Part shown: piece after piece, positions 25,540 to 34,131 of the stretch
How the letters are laid out: every line of letters starts with the position of its first letter
How positions within the stretch are numbered: position 1 is the first letter of the stretch
Assembly (NCBI GenBank): GCA_050945875.1
Contig: JBMNTT010000004.1
Span: 8,238 to 72,237, forward strand
Direction of reading: 5' to 3'
Source: Christensenellales bacterium
GTDB taxonomy: Bacteria > Bacillota > Clostridia > Christensenellales > JBMNTT01
Length of the DNA stretch: 64,000 nucleotides
Translations under genes and position numbers: made by a program
The notes under the pieces: model-generated
Database searches by the model: none
Told to the model about the DNA's origin: nothing
What the model saw: only the letters and a program-made list of their open reading frames with translations

Positions 25540-25571
25540 AGGACCGACGCGTTTTGCGCCGGTCCTGTTTT
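25540..25571. terminator. Hairpin between convergent thiD and the AraC-family gene
   Basis: CAGGACCG...CGGTCCTG followed by TTTTT. Confidence 0.6.
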
Positions 25572-26659
25572 TAGGGCTTGCCGGGGGAGGTCCCGCCCGC
25601 GCCGAGCGCCCCGTCCGCGCCGTTCATCCCGTCCGCGCCGAGCATCCCGTCCGCGCCGAGCACCCCGTCCGCGCCGTTCATCCCGCCCGCGCCGAGCGCC
25701 CCGTCCGCGCCGAGCATCCCGTCCGCGCCGAGCGCCCCGCCCGCGCGCTCGCGGTAGGCGGTGGGCGACAGGCCGTGGTAGGCCTTGAAGGCGCGGTTGA
25801 AGGCCGCCGTGTCCTCAAAGCCCGCCAGCGCGCCGATGGTGGCGATCTTCTCCCCGCCCGAGAGCAGCAGCTGGCGGGCCTTGCGCATCCGGCAGGCCGT
25901 GACGTACCGCTTGGGCGACAGGCCCACCGCCCGGCTGAACACCCGGCGAAAGCCCGCCGGGCTCATGGCGCACAGCGGCGGCAGGGCTTGCACCTCGGTG
26001 GCCTCGCCGCGGGTCAGGTCCTCCTGGATGCGGTCGAGGGCGGGCAGCACCCGCATCAGCGGCGGGTCCGAGCGGATGGCCAGCTTGGGCAGCGGCCCGG
26101 AGGCCTCGCACAGCAGCAGGATCAGCCGCATCAGCGCCGCGCCGAAGCGCTGGCGGGGGTGGGGCGGGGCGTACAGCCCGTGCCGCAGGCGGATCAGCTC
26201 GCCCACCAGGGCCGCCAGCTCGGGGTGGGCCGTCGGCGACAGGATGCCGCACAGGCCCATCTCCCGCCGCAGGTAGCCGTTGACCGCCGCCAGGTCGGTG
26301 TAGCCGCAGGCGAACAGCTCGGCCGCGGGGTCGAGGTTGAGCCAGTACCACTGGCTGGGCTCGCCCACGCTCTTGGACAGGTGGGCCTGGAAGGGAAAGA
26401 TGATCTGGGCGTCCCCGGCGGCGAAGGGCTGGGCCTGGCCGTCCACATAGCACACCCCCTCCCCCCGCACGCACAGGCCCAGCTCCATGTCGGCGTGAAA
26501 GTGCAGGTAGGTCACCTCGAAGATGTCCAGCGCGTGCGGGCTGCGGGCCGCGCCGGGCGCGTCCCAGCCCGGCCGGGTATCCACATACACGGCGGGCAGG
26601 CCGGTATCTGAGCGATATTGCAGGCTCTTCGCCCCCTTTTGCGTAGACTTGCCGATCAT
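25571..26659 (-). CDS. AraC family transcriptional regulator with repeat-encoded Gly/Ala/Asp C-terminal tail; probably leaderless
   Basis: It has a cupin-like N-terminal domain and an AraC HTH (ATIGALAGFEDTAAFNRAFKAYHGLSPTAYRE). The track start at 26665 is TTG. The ATG at 26659 lies 5 nt downstream of a TATAAT box and has no SD. Confidence 0.82.
   Translation of the reverse strand: MIGKSTQKGAKSLQYRSDTGLPAVYVDTRPGWDAPGAARSPHALDIFEVTYLHFHADMELGLCVRGEGVCYVDGQAQPFAAGDAQIIFPFQAHLSKSVGEPSQWYWLNLDPAAELFACGYTDLAAVNGYLRREMGLCGILSPTAHPELAALVGELIRLRHGLYAPPHPRQRFGAALMRLILLLCEASGPLPKLAIRSDPPLMRVLPALDRIQEDLTRGEATEVQALPPLCAMSPAGFRRVFSRAVGLSPKRYVTACRMRKARQLLLSGGEKIATIGALAGFEDTAAFNRAFKAYHGLSPTAYRERAGGALGADGMLGADGALGAGGMNGADGVLGADGMLGADGMNGADGALGAGGTSPGKP
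25591..25752. repeat. 18-bp tandem repeat, 9 units, in frame within the AraC-family 3' end
   Basis: Units (T/C)CCCG(T/C)CCGCGCCG(AGCA/AGCG/TTCA) are phased exactly every 18 bp from 25591. They encode G(A/G)(D/G)G(M/A/V)(L/N) hexapeptides. Confidence 0.9.
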
Positions 26660-26693
26660 GACCAATTATACTGGAGGCAACGAATCCGCACAA
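26644..26693. promoter_or_regulatory. Overlapping divergent promoters (AraC-family vs ADP-ribosylglycohydrolase gene)
   Basis: Minus strand: TTGTGC, 17-bp spacer, TATAAT (rc of 26665-26670). Plus strand: TAGACT (26644-26649), 17-bp spacer, TATACT (26667-26672). The two -10 boxes overlap. Confidence 0.45.
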
Positions 26694-26709
26694 GCGGGGA
26701 GGGATCGCA

Positions 26710-28170
26710 ATGCGCTATTTTAACCGGGCCGAGCTGCGGGACAGGATTCACGCCTGCTGGATCGGCAAGAACATCGGCGGTACCATGGGCGCGCCCTACG
26801 AGGGCCGCCGCGAGCTGCTGGACGTGCAGGGGTACGCCTCGCCCCCGGGCAAGGCCCTGCCCAACGACGACCTGGACCTGCAGCTGATCTGGCTCAAGGC
26901 CGTCGACGAGCTCGGGCCCCAGGGGGTTGACGCCCAGGCCCTGGGGGAGTACTGGCTCAGCTACATCGGGCCCAACTGGAACGAGTACGGCGTGGGCAAG
27001 AGCAACCTGCGCGAGGGGCTGGCGCCCCCGCTCTCGGGCGAGATGAACAACGACCAGTGGAAGCACTCCAACGGCGCCTGGATCCGCACGGAGATCTGGG
27101 CCTGCCTGCACCCGGGGCTGCCCGAGCGGGCGATCCGCTTCGCCTATGAGGACGCCTGCGTGGACCATGGCTACGGCGAGGGCACCTGGGCGGCGATCTT
27201 CGTGGCGGCCCTTGAGAGCGCGGCCTTCGTCCTCCAGCAGGTGGACGCCCTGCTGGACGTCGCCCTGTCCAAGATCCCCGAGGGCTGCCGGGTGGCGCGC
27301 AGCGTCAAGCTGGTGCGGTCGGCCTGGGCCGAGGGGGTGGACTGGAAGACCTGCCGGGAGCGGCTGGTGGAGGACAGCGCGGACCTGGGCTGGTTCCAGG
27401 CCCCGGCCAACGTGGCCTTCGTGGTGCTGGGCCTGCTCTACGGCCAGGGGGATTTCAAGCGCTCGATGCTGCTGGCGCTCAACTGCGGGGACGACACCGA
27501 CTGCACCGGGGCCACCCTGGGCGCGCTGATGGGCATCCTCCAGGGCAGCGCGGGCATCCCCGAGGATTGGCGCGCCTACATCGGCGACGAGATCGTCACC
27601 ATGTGCATCCTCAAGGGCCATGGACACTACCCGGCCTCCTGCCAGGAGCTGACCGACTGCGTCATGGACCTGCTGCCGGTCACCTGCCGCACGCCCCTGG
27701 CCCAGCGCCTGCTCGGGGGCGAGGCCGAGCTGACCGTGGGCGACGGGCCGACGGACCTGGGCGTCGCCGCCCGGGACCTGATGGGCGACGATTTTGCCCG
27801 GGAGCTGGCCAGCCGCCCGCCTTACAGCCTCGCCGCCCACAACGCGCTGCTGCGCGCCGTGGTCAGCTTCGACGGGCCGCCGGTCATCGCGCCGGGGGGC
27901 AGCCTGTCCGGCCGGGTCTGCGTGTCCCTGGGGCGCATGCCCGAGCAGCAGCACCTGCGGCTGACATGGCACCTGCCCGAGGGCTGGAGCGCCGCCGGCC
28001 GCGCCAACCTGCACGCCAGCGCCCTGGGCTCGCCCTACACCGAGCACGCCAGCGCCCCCTTCACCCTGACCGCCGGGGACCGGGTCGCCCCCAACAACGC
28101 CCTGGTGCTGTCCGTCAGCTGTGTCGGGCGCAGCCTGCCGCTGCTGATCCCCATCACCATCCTGGGCTAA
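26710..28170 (+). CDS. ADP-ribosylglycohydrolase family protein with C-terminal extension
   Basis: 486 aa. The N-terminus IHACWIGKNIGGTMGAPYEG and the NCGDDTDCTGATLGALMG motif are typical of the ARH/DraG fold. Confidence 0.86.
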   Translation: MRYFNRAELRDRIHACWIGKNIGGTMGAPYEGRRELLDVQGYASPPGKALPNDDLDLQLIWLKAVDELGPQGVDAQALGEYWLSYIGPNWNEYGVGKSNLREGLAPPLSGEMNNDQWKHSNGAWIRTEIWACLHPGLPERAIRFAYEDACVDHGYGEGTWAAIFVAALESAAFVLQQVDALLDVALSKIPEGCRVARSVKLVRSAWAEGVDWKTCRERLVEDSADLGWFQAPANVAFVVLGLLYGQGDFKRSMLLALNCGDDTDCTGATLGALMGILQGSAGIPEDWRAYIGDEIVTMCILKGHGHYPASCQELTDCVMDLLPVTCRTPLAQRLLGGEAELTVGDGPTDLGVAARDLMGDDFARELASRPPYSLAAHNALLRAVVSFDGPPVIAPGGSLSGRVCVSLGRMPEQQHLRLTWHLPEGWSAAGRANLHASALGSPYTEHASAPFTLTAGDRVAPNNALVLSVSCVGRSLPLLIPITILG

Positions 28171-28175
28171 GCGCA

Positions 28176-28206
28176 AAAGCCCGCCCCCACTGGGGGCGGG
28201 TTTTTT
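28176..28206. terminator. Terminator hairpin
   Basis: GCCCGCCCCC-ACTG-GGGGCGGGT followed by TTTTTT. Confidence 0.65.
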
Positions 28207-28229
28207 TGCGCGCCCCCGAGGGGGCGGGT

Positions 28230-29036
28230 TCACGCGTCCAGCCAGATGCGGCCGGGTTTGCAGATCAGCCGGGCGTTGTTGTAGGCCATGTCCAGGGTCA
28301 GGCAGGTGACGCCCAGGTAGCACTGCTCGGAGTTGATCACCGACAGGGCCACGTCCGCCTGGGCGGGCTTGCCCAGGCAGATGGGCAGCAGGAAGGAGAT
28401 CTTCCCGTCGTAGAACTGGGGCACCGCCACGTGGTAGTTGGCCTCGACCATCTTCTGGGCCAGGGCGACCGCCCCGGTGAACAGGGTGATCAGGTTGTCC
28501 GTGTCGCGGAAGCGCTCGGGGATGCGGGCGCGGTTGCGGGGGTCCTGCAGGATGTGGTAGGTGTTGACCCGCAGCGGCAGCGTCGTGTCGAAGATCAGGT
28601 CCGAGATCGTGGCGAAGTAGGCCGCCCGCTGGGGCAGGGGCTGCACGTCGAAGAGGATGGGCGCGCTCTCGTCGAAGAAGCCGTTGAAGTAGTAGGGCTC
28701 GGGGGCCTCCTGCCAGCGGTTGCGGGTGTAGACCGCGTAGATGCGCGCGTAGTTGACGGTGAACAGCCCGGTGTCAAAGACCGCCTTGTCCGGCTCGATG
28801 TAGAAATAGCGCCCCCGCTCGGCCGGGTCCGCCGCCAGATACTGGCTCATCAGGCGCTTGAAGGTGTGCTTGATGTAGTTGTCCAAAATGGGATTTTTGT
28901 TGTTGCGCGCATCCTCCTTGATGTCGCTGTAGGCCCAGCGCTCCGGCGCGGCCAGCTGCTCCAGCGCGTCCAGCGAGCCGGTCCAGTCCCGGTAGTAGGC
29001 GAAGTCGAAAAGGGAATCGGTAAAGTTTTCGCTCAT
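28230..29036 (-). CDS. DUF3825 domain-containing protein
   Basis: Track ORF trimmed to MSENFTDSLFDFAYY (AGGAGG RBS). Assigned to DUF3825 by overall pattern (LFDFAY...W...LA..A..E.W ...). Confidence 0.7.
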   Translation of the reverse strand: MSENFTDSLFDFAYYRDWTGSLDALEQLAAPERWAYSDIKEDARNNKNPILDNYIKHTFKRLMSQYLAADPAERGRYFYIEPDKAVFDTGLFTVNYARIYAVYTRNRWQEAPEPYYFNGFFDESAPILFDVQPLPQRAAYFATISDLIFDTTLPLRVNTYHILQDPRNRARIPERFRDTDNLITLFTGAVALAQKMVEANYHVAVPQFYDGKISFLLPICLGKPAQADVALSVINSEQCYLGVTCLTLDMAYNNARLICKPGRIWLDA

Positions 29037-29150
29037 CGGAGCCTCCTTTTTTGGGTGATCTTGTGGTGATTTGTCGTTTTTGTAGAGACCAATTTTTAGG
29101 TCTTTTACTGATTCTTGCCCGGATTCAAAAATTCCTCCCGGCCGCAAAGT

Positions 29151-29204
29151 TTTACCCATCCTTTACACGCAGCTGCTGGCGGCTTTACATCAGCCCGCTA
29201 TACT
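29151..29204 (+). promoter_or_regulatory. Candidate Pho boxes and -10 element upstream of pstS
   Basis: TTTACC at 29151, TTTACA at 29162 and TTTACA at 29184 fall in 11-bp phasing. TATACT lies at 29199-29204 with no good -35. Confidence 0.4.
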
Positions 29205-29233
29205 GGCCCCGCACGAAAGGAAAGGTGAAGAAC

Positions 29234-30169
29234 ATGAAAAAGATGATCTCGGCCCTGATGCTGCTGGGCCTGACGGCCGCCTCCCTGGTGGGCTGCGCCC
29301 CCAGCGCCGCCTCCCCGAGCGCCGCGACCTCCCCGAGCGCCGCGGCCTCCCCGAGCGCGGCCGCCTCGACCAGCCCGGACGCCTCGACCAGCCCGGACGC
29401 CGCCGGCAACCCCATCGTGGTGATCACCCGCGAGGCGGGCAGCGGCACCCGGGGGGCCTTCATCGAGCTGTTTGGCGTCGAGGAGAAGGGGGAGGACGGC
29501 TCCAAGACCGACAAGACCGTCGCCTCGGCCATCACCGCCAACAAGACCGACGTGGTGCTCACCCAGGTGCAGGGCAATCCCGACGCCATCGGCTACATCT
29601 CCCTGGGCTCGCTCAACGACTCGGTCAAGGCCCTGAAGATCGACGGCGTGGAGGCCACCAGTGAGAACGTCAAAAGCGGCGCGTACAAGGCCGCCCGCCC
29701 CTTCTATATCGCCACCAACGGCGAGGGCAACGAGCTGACGGCTGACTTCATCGCCTTCATCATGAGCCAGCAGGGCCAGGCCGTGATCTCCGAGAGCTAC
29801 ATCGCCGTGGACGACGCTGCGGCCGCCTACGCCGGCTCCAAGCCCGCCGGCAAGATCGTCGTGGCTGGCTCCTCCTCGGTCACCCCGGTGATGGAGAAGC
29901 TGATCGAGGCCTACAAGCAGATCAACACCGGCGCCGAGATTGAGCTGCAGCAGAGCGACTCCAGCGCGGGCATGCAGGCCGCCATGGACGGGGTGTGCGA
30001 CATCGGCATGGCCTCCCGCGAGCTCAAGGACACCGAGAAGGCCGCGCTGACCCCCACCCAGATCGCCATCGATGGCATCGCCGTGATCGTCAACAAGGAC
30101 AACGCCCAGGACGACATGAGCAGCCAGGACGTCAAGGCCATCTACACCGGCGAGAAGACCACCTGGTAA
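29234..30169 (+). CDS. pstS: Phosphate ABC transporter substrate-binding lipoprotein
   Basis: Trimmed to MKKMISALMLLGLTAASLVGC (lipobox). It has a Ser/Pro/Ala linker and the REAGSGTRG motif. Confidence 0.9.
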   Translation: MKKMISALMLLGLTAASLVGCAPSAASPSAATSPSAAASPSAAASTSPDASTSPDAAGNPIVVITREAGSGTRGAFIELFGVEEKGEDGSKTDKTVASAITANKTDVVLTQVQGNPDAIGYISLGSLNDSVKALKIDGVEATSENVKSGAYKAARPFYIATNGEGNELTADFIAFIMSQQGQAVISESYIAVDDAAAAYAGSKPAGKIVVAGSSSVTPVMEKLIEAYKQINTGAEIELQQSDSSAGMQAAMDGVCDIGMASRELKDTEKAALTPTQIAIDGIAVIVNKDNAQDDMSSQDVKAIYTGEKTTW

Positions 30170-30170
30170 A

Positions 30171-30250
30171 GCGCCGCGGTCCAATGCGGGCAGCAGGGTT
30201 TCGCGCCGCGGTCCAATGCGGGCAGCAGGGTTTCGGCCCCGCTGCCCTTT
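30171..30250 (+). repeat. 32-bp tandem duplication; the second copy completes a terminator-like hairpin between pstS and pstC
   Basis: GCGCCGCGGTCCAATGCGGGCAGCAGGGTTTC occurs at 30171-30202 and 30203-30234. GGGCAGC (30220-30226) pairs with GCTGCCC (30241-30247) and is followed by TTT. Confidence 0.85.
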
Positions 30251-30272
30251 CTGATGAGGATGAGGGAATGGG

Positions 30273-31136
30273 ATGAAGAAAAGAAAAATCGTAGAAGCGC
30301 TGATGAAGGTCCTCTTTGGGATCACCGCGTGCGCCTCGATCCTGGCGGTGTTCCTGATCTGCCTGTTCATGTTCATGAACGGCCTGCCGGCCATCGGCAA
30401 GATCGGCCCGGCGGAGTTCTTGGGCAGCACCACTTGGGCGCCCCAGGATGTGCCGCCCAAGTTCGGCATCCTGACCATGATCGTGGGCAGCCTGTATGTC
30501 ACCGCCGGGGCGATCATCGTCGGCCTGCCCGTCGGGCTGCTGACCGCGGTGTTCCTGGCGCGGTTCTGCCCCAAGGGGCTCTACAAGGTCTTGAAGCCCC
30601 TGGTGGAGCTGCTGGCGGGCATCCCCTCGATCGTGTACGGCTTTTTCGGGATGGTGGTGCTGGTGCCCCTGGTGCGGGAGCTCTTCGGCGGCACGGGCAA
30701 CAGCATCCTGACCGCCTCGCTCCTGCTGGGCGTCATGATCCTGCCCACCATCATTGGCCTGAGCGAGGCCGCCCTGCGGGCGGTGGACAACAGCTACTAT
30801 GAGGGGGCGCTGGCCCTGGGGGCCACCCATGAGCGGGCGGTGTTCTTCACGGTGCTGCCCGCGGCCAAGTCCGGCGTGCTCTCCAGCGTCATTTTGGGCA
30901 TCGGCCGGGCCATCGGCGAGACCATGGCCATCGTCATGATCGTGGGCAACCAGACCGTCCTGCCCACCAGCGTGCTCGACGGCGTGCGCACCCTGACGGT
31001 CAACATCGTGCTGGAGATGAGCTACGCCGCCGAGCTGCACCGGGAAGCCCTGATCGCCACGGGCGTGGTGCTGTTCGTGTTCATCCTGATCCTGAACCTG
31101 TGCTTCTCGCTGATGAACGAAAAAAGGAGGGCCTGA
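30273..31136 (+). CDS. pstC: Phosphate ABC transporter permease PstC
   Basis: 287 aa, polytopic, with the EAA-like motif SEAALRAVDNSYYEGALALGAT. Confidence 0.92.
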   Translation: MKKRKIVEALMKVLFGITACASILAVFLICLFMFMNGLPAIGKIGPAEFLGSTTWAPQDVPPKFGILTMIVGSLYVTAGAIIVGLPVGLLTAVFLARFCPKGLYKVLKPLVELLAGIPSIVYGFFGMVVLVPLVRELFGGTGNSILTASLLLGVMILPTIIGLSEAALRAVDNSYYEGALALGATHERAVFFTVLPAAKSGVLSSVILGIGRAIGETMAIVMIVGNQTVLPTSVLDGVRTLTVNIVLEMSYAAELHREALIATGVVLFVFILILNLCFSLMNEKRRA

Positions 31137-31138
31137 GC

Positions 31139-31990
31139 ATGAAGGATCGCTATACCCGGCCCAACCTGCTCAAGCACCCCCTGAGCCTGATCCTGCGGGT
31201 TGCGGTTTTCGCCGCCACGGCCGTCACGGTGGGGACGCTGATCTTCCTGGTGGCCTACATCCTGGTCAAGGGCATTCCCCACCTGACGGGCGACCTGTTC
31301 GCCTGGGAGTACACCAGCGACAACGTCTCGGTGGTGCCCTCGATCATCACCACGGTGTACATGATCGGCCTGTCGCTGATGATCGCCGCGCCCCTGGGCA
31401 TCGGCTGCGCCATCTACCTGGTGGAGTACGCCAAGCGGGGCAACCGGCTGGTCAAGGTCATCCGCCTGACCACCGAGACCCTCTCGGGCATCCCCTCGAT
31501 CGTCTACGGCCTGTTCGGCATGCTGTTCTTCGTCACCACCCTGAAGTGGCGATACAGCCTGCTCTCGGGCGCGTTCACCCTGGCGATCATGATCCTGCCG
31601 CTGATCATCCGCTCCACCGAGGAGGCCCTCAAGTCGGTGCCCGACGCCTTCCGCGAGGCCAGCTTCGGCCTGGGCGCGGGGCGCCTGCGCACCATCTTCC
31701 GGGTGGTGCTGCCCAGCGCGGTGCCCGGCATCCTGGCCGGGGTGATCCTGGCCATCGGCCGGATCATCGGCGAGACCGCGGCGCTGATCTACACCGCCGG
31801 CTCGGCCACCAAGCTGCCCGCCTCGCCCATGGACTCGGGCCGCACCCTGGCCATCCACATGTACGTGCTCTCGGGCGAGGGCCTGCACATTGACCAAGCC
31901 TACGCCGCGGCGGTGGTGCTGCTGGTGACCATCTTCCTGCTCAACGCCGCCGCCAACCTGATCGCCAAGAAAATCACCCTGAAAACCTGA
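31139..31990 (+). CDS. pstA: Phosphate ABC transporter permease PstA
   Basis: Trimmed to MKDRYTRPN (AGGAGG RBS). Contains [23 protein letters not shown]. Confidence 0.92.
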   Translation: MKDRYTRPNLLKHPLSLILRVAVFAATAVTVGTLIFLVAYILVKGIPHLTGDLFAWEYTSDNVSVVPSIITTVYMIGLSLMIAAPLGIGCAIYLVEYAKRGNRLVKVIRLTTETLSGIPSIVYGLFGMLFFVTTLKWRYSLLSGAFTLAIMILPLIIRSTEEALKSVPDAFREASFGLGAGRLRTIFRVVLPSAVPGILAGVILAIGRIIGETAALIYTAGSATKLPASPMDSGRTLAIHMYVLSGEGLHIDQAYAAAVVLLVTIFLLNAAANLIAKKITLKT

Positions 31991-32000
31991 GGAGGGGCCC

Positions 32001-32750
32001 ATGAGTAAGTTTGACATCAAAAACCTGGACCTGTTCTACGGGTCCTTCCAAGCCCTCAAGCATATCGACCTGTCCATCGCCGCCAACGAGGTCACGGCCT
32101 TCATCGGCCCCTCGGGCTGCGGCAAGAGCACCCTGCTCAAGAGCCTCAACCGCATGAACGACCTGGTGGAGGGCTGCCGCATCACCGGCCAGGTGCTGCT
32201 GGACGGGCAGGACGTCTACCGCCAGATGGACGAGGGCGACCTGCGCCGGCGGGTGGGCATGGTTTTCCAAAAGCCCAACCCCTTCCCCATGAGCATCTAT
32301 GACAACATCGCCTACGGCCCGCGCACCCACGGCGTGCGCGGCAAGGCCCAGCTCGATGCGATCGTCGAGCGCTCCCTCAAGGGCGCGGCCCTGTGGGACG
32401 AGGTCAAGGACCGCCTCAAGAAGAGCGCCCTGGGCCTGAGCGGCGGCCAGCAGCAGCGCCTGTGCATCGCCCGGGCCCTGGCCGTGGAGCCCGAGGTGCT
32501 GCTCATGGACGAACCCACCAGCGCCCTGGACCCCATCGCCACCCTGAAAATAGAGGATTTGGTTCAGGAGCTGAAGAAAGAATACACCATCGTCATCGTC
32601 ACCCACAATATGCAGCAGGCCACCCGCATCTCCGATAAGACGGCCTTCTTCCTGCTGGGGGACATGGTTGAGTTCGCGCCCACCGAGCAGCTCTTCTCGC
32701 TGCCCCAGGACAAGCGCACCGAGGACTACATCACCGGACGGTTCGGATAA
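32001..32750 (+). CDS. pstB: Phosphate ABC transporter ATP-binding protein
   Basis: [24 protein letters not shown] and [12 protein letters not shown]. Confidence 0.95.
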   Translation: MSKFDIKNLDLFYGSFQALKHIDLSIAANEVTAFIGPSGCGKSTLLKSLNRMNDLVEGCRITGQVLLDGQDVYRQMDEGDLRRRVGMVFQKPNPFPMSIYDNIAYGPRTHGVRGKAQLDAIVERSLKGAALWDEVKDRLKKSALGLSGGQQQRLCIARALAVEPEVLLMDEPTSALDPIATLKIEDLVQELKKEYTIVIVTHNMQQATRISDKTAFFLLGDMVEFAPTEQLFSLPQDKRTEDYITGRFG

Positions 32751-32762
32751 GGAGGCAGATCC

Positions 32763-33419
32763 ATGCGCAACCGATTTGTTCAACAGCTCGACGAGCTCAA
32801 CCGGGAGCTCATCGCCATGGCCGCCCGGGTGGAGGGGGCCATCCTCCTGGCGGTGGAGGGCCTGATGGACTCCGACGCCGACAAGGCCCGCCGGGCCATC
32901 GACGCCGACGGCGAGATCGACGAGCTCGAGCGGGATATCGAGCGGCGGTGCCTGAAGCTGCTGCTGAGCCAGCAGCCCGTGGCCTCGGACCTGCGCCGCA
33001 TCTCCACGGCCCTGAAGATGATCACCGACATGGAGCGCATCGGCGACCACGCCGAGGATATCTCCGAGATCACCCTGCGCCTGCTCGGGCCCGGGGCCCT
33101 GCCCAAGCCCGAGCCCATCCGCGCCATGGCCCGGGAGACCACCGCCATGCTCAGCGGCAGCATCGACGCCTTCGTGCGCCAGGATCAGGCCCTGGCCGAG
33201 GCGATCATCGCCCGGGACGACGCGGTGGACGGGCTGTTCGGCCAGGTGCAGGCCGACCTGCTGGCGGTCATCGCCCAGCAGCCCGCGCGCGGGGCCGAGG
33301 CCATGGACCTGATGATGGTGGCCAAGTACTTTGAGCGCATCGGCGACCACGCGGTCAACCTGGCCGAGTGGGCGATCTTCTCCCTGACCGGGCTGCACAA
33401 AGCGCAGCGCATCCTGTAA
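32763..33419 (+). CDS. phoU: Phosphate signaling complex protein PhoU
   Basis: 218 aa with duplicated ERIGDHA motifs. Confidence 0.92.
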   Translation: MRNRFVQQLDELNRELIAMAARVEGAILLAVEGLMDSDADKARRAIDADGEIDELERDIERRCLKLLLSQQPVASDLRRISTALKMITDMERIGDHAEDISEITLRLLGPGALPKPEPIRAMARETTAMLSGSIDAFVRQDQALAEAIIARDDAVDGLFGQVQADLLAVIAQQPARGAEAMDLMMVAKYFERIGDHAVNLAEWAIFSLTGLHKAQRIL

Positions 33420-33432
33420 GCGAAAAAAGGCG

Positions 33433-34125
33433 GTGGCAGTCGTGAGCAAAATCTACTGCGTCGAGGACGACGAGAGCATCCGCGAGCTGATCCTCTACGC
33501 GCTGAAGACCGGGGGGTACGAGGCCCAGGGCTTCGCCGAGGGGGAGGCCTTCTTCAGGGCCCTGGCGGCCGACCCGCCGGCGCTGGCGCTGCTGGACATC
33601 ATGCTGCCCGGGCAGGACGGCCTGGCCATCCTGGCGCGCATCAAGTCCAACCCGGCCTGGGCGGGCGTGGCGGTGATGATGCTCACGGCCAAGACCACCG
33701 AGCTGGACAAGGTGCGCGGGCTGGACGCCGGGGCGGACGATTACATCGCCAAGCCCTTCGGCGTGATGGAGCTGCTCTCGCGGGTCCGGGCGGTGCTGCG
33801 CCGGGTGCGGCCCGGGCGGGAGGGGCGCGAGCGGCTGTCCTGCGGGCCGATTGCGATCGACTACGCCGCCCGCACCGTCCGCTGCGGCGACGTCCCGGTG
33901 AACCTGACCTTCAAGGAGTTCGAGCTGCTCTACTACCTGGTCGCCAACAAGGGCCTGGCCCTGCCCCGGGAGCGCATCATGGAGCGGGTCTGGGGCTACG
34001 AGTTCGAGGGCGAGAGCCGCACCGTGGATATGCACATCAAGACCCTGCGGCAGAAGCTGGAGCATGCCGGCGTGTCCGGCCTGATCCAGACGGTGCGCAA
34101 CGTGGGGTATAAAATAACGGAGTGA
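33433..34125 (+). CDS. phoP: OmpR-family response regulator of the Pho regulon
   Basis: GTG start, with an alternative GTG at 33442. It has a receiver domain (DDESIREL...LLDIMLPGQDG) and a winged-helix output domain (VRNVGYKI). Confidence 0.88.
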   Translation: MAVVSKIYCVEDDESIRELILYALKTGGYEAQGFAEGEAFFRALAADPPALALLDIMLPGQDGLAILARIKSNPAWAGVAVMMLTAKTTELDKVRGLDAGADDYIAKPFGVMELLSRVRAVLRRVRPGREGRERLSCGPIAIDYAARTVRCGDVPVNLTFKEFELLYYLVANKGLALPRERIMERVWGYEFEGESRTVDMHIKTLRQKLEHAGVSGLIQTVRNVGYKITE

Positions 34126-34131
34126 CGCGCC

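Noticed and set aside
26656-28323. 555-aa minus-strand ORF, and the 500-aa plus-strand ORF at 27567..29069
   Set aside because: They overlap the ADP-ribosylglycohydrolase and DUF3825 genes in other frames or on the other strand. They cross terminator hairpins and have Arg/Gly/Pro-rich low-complexity products.
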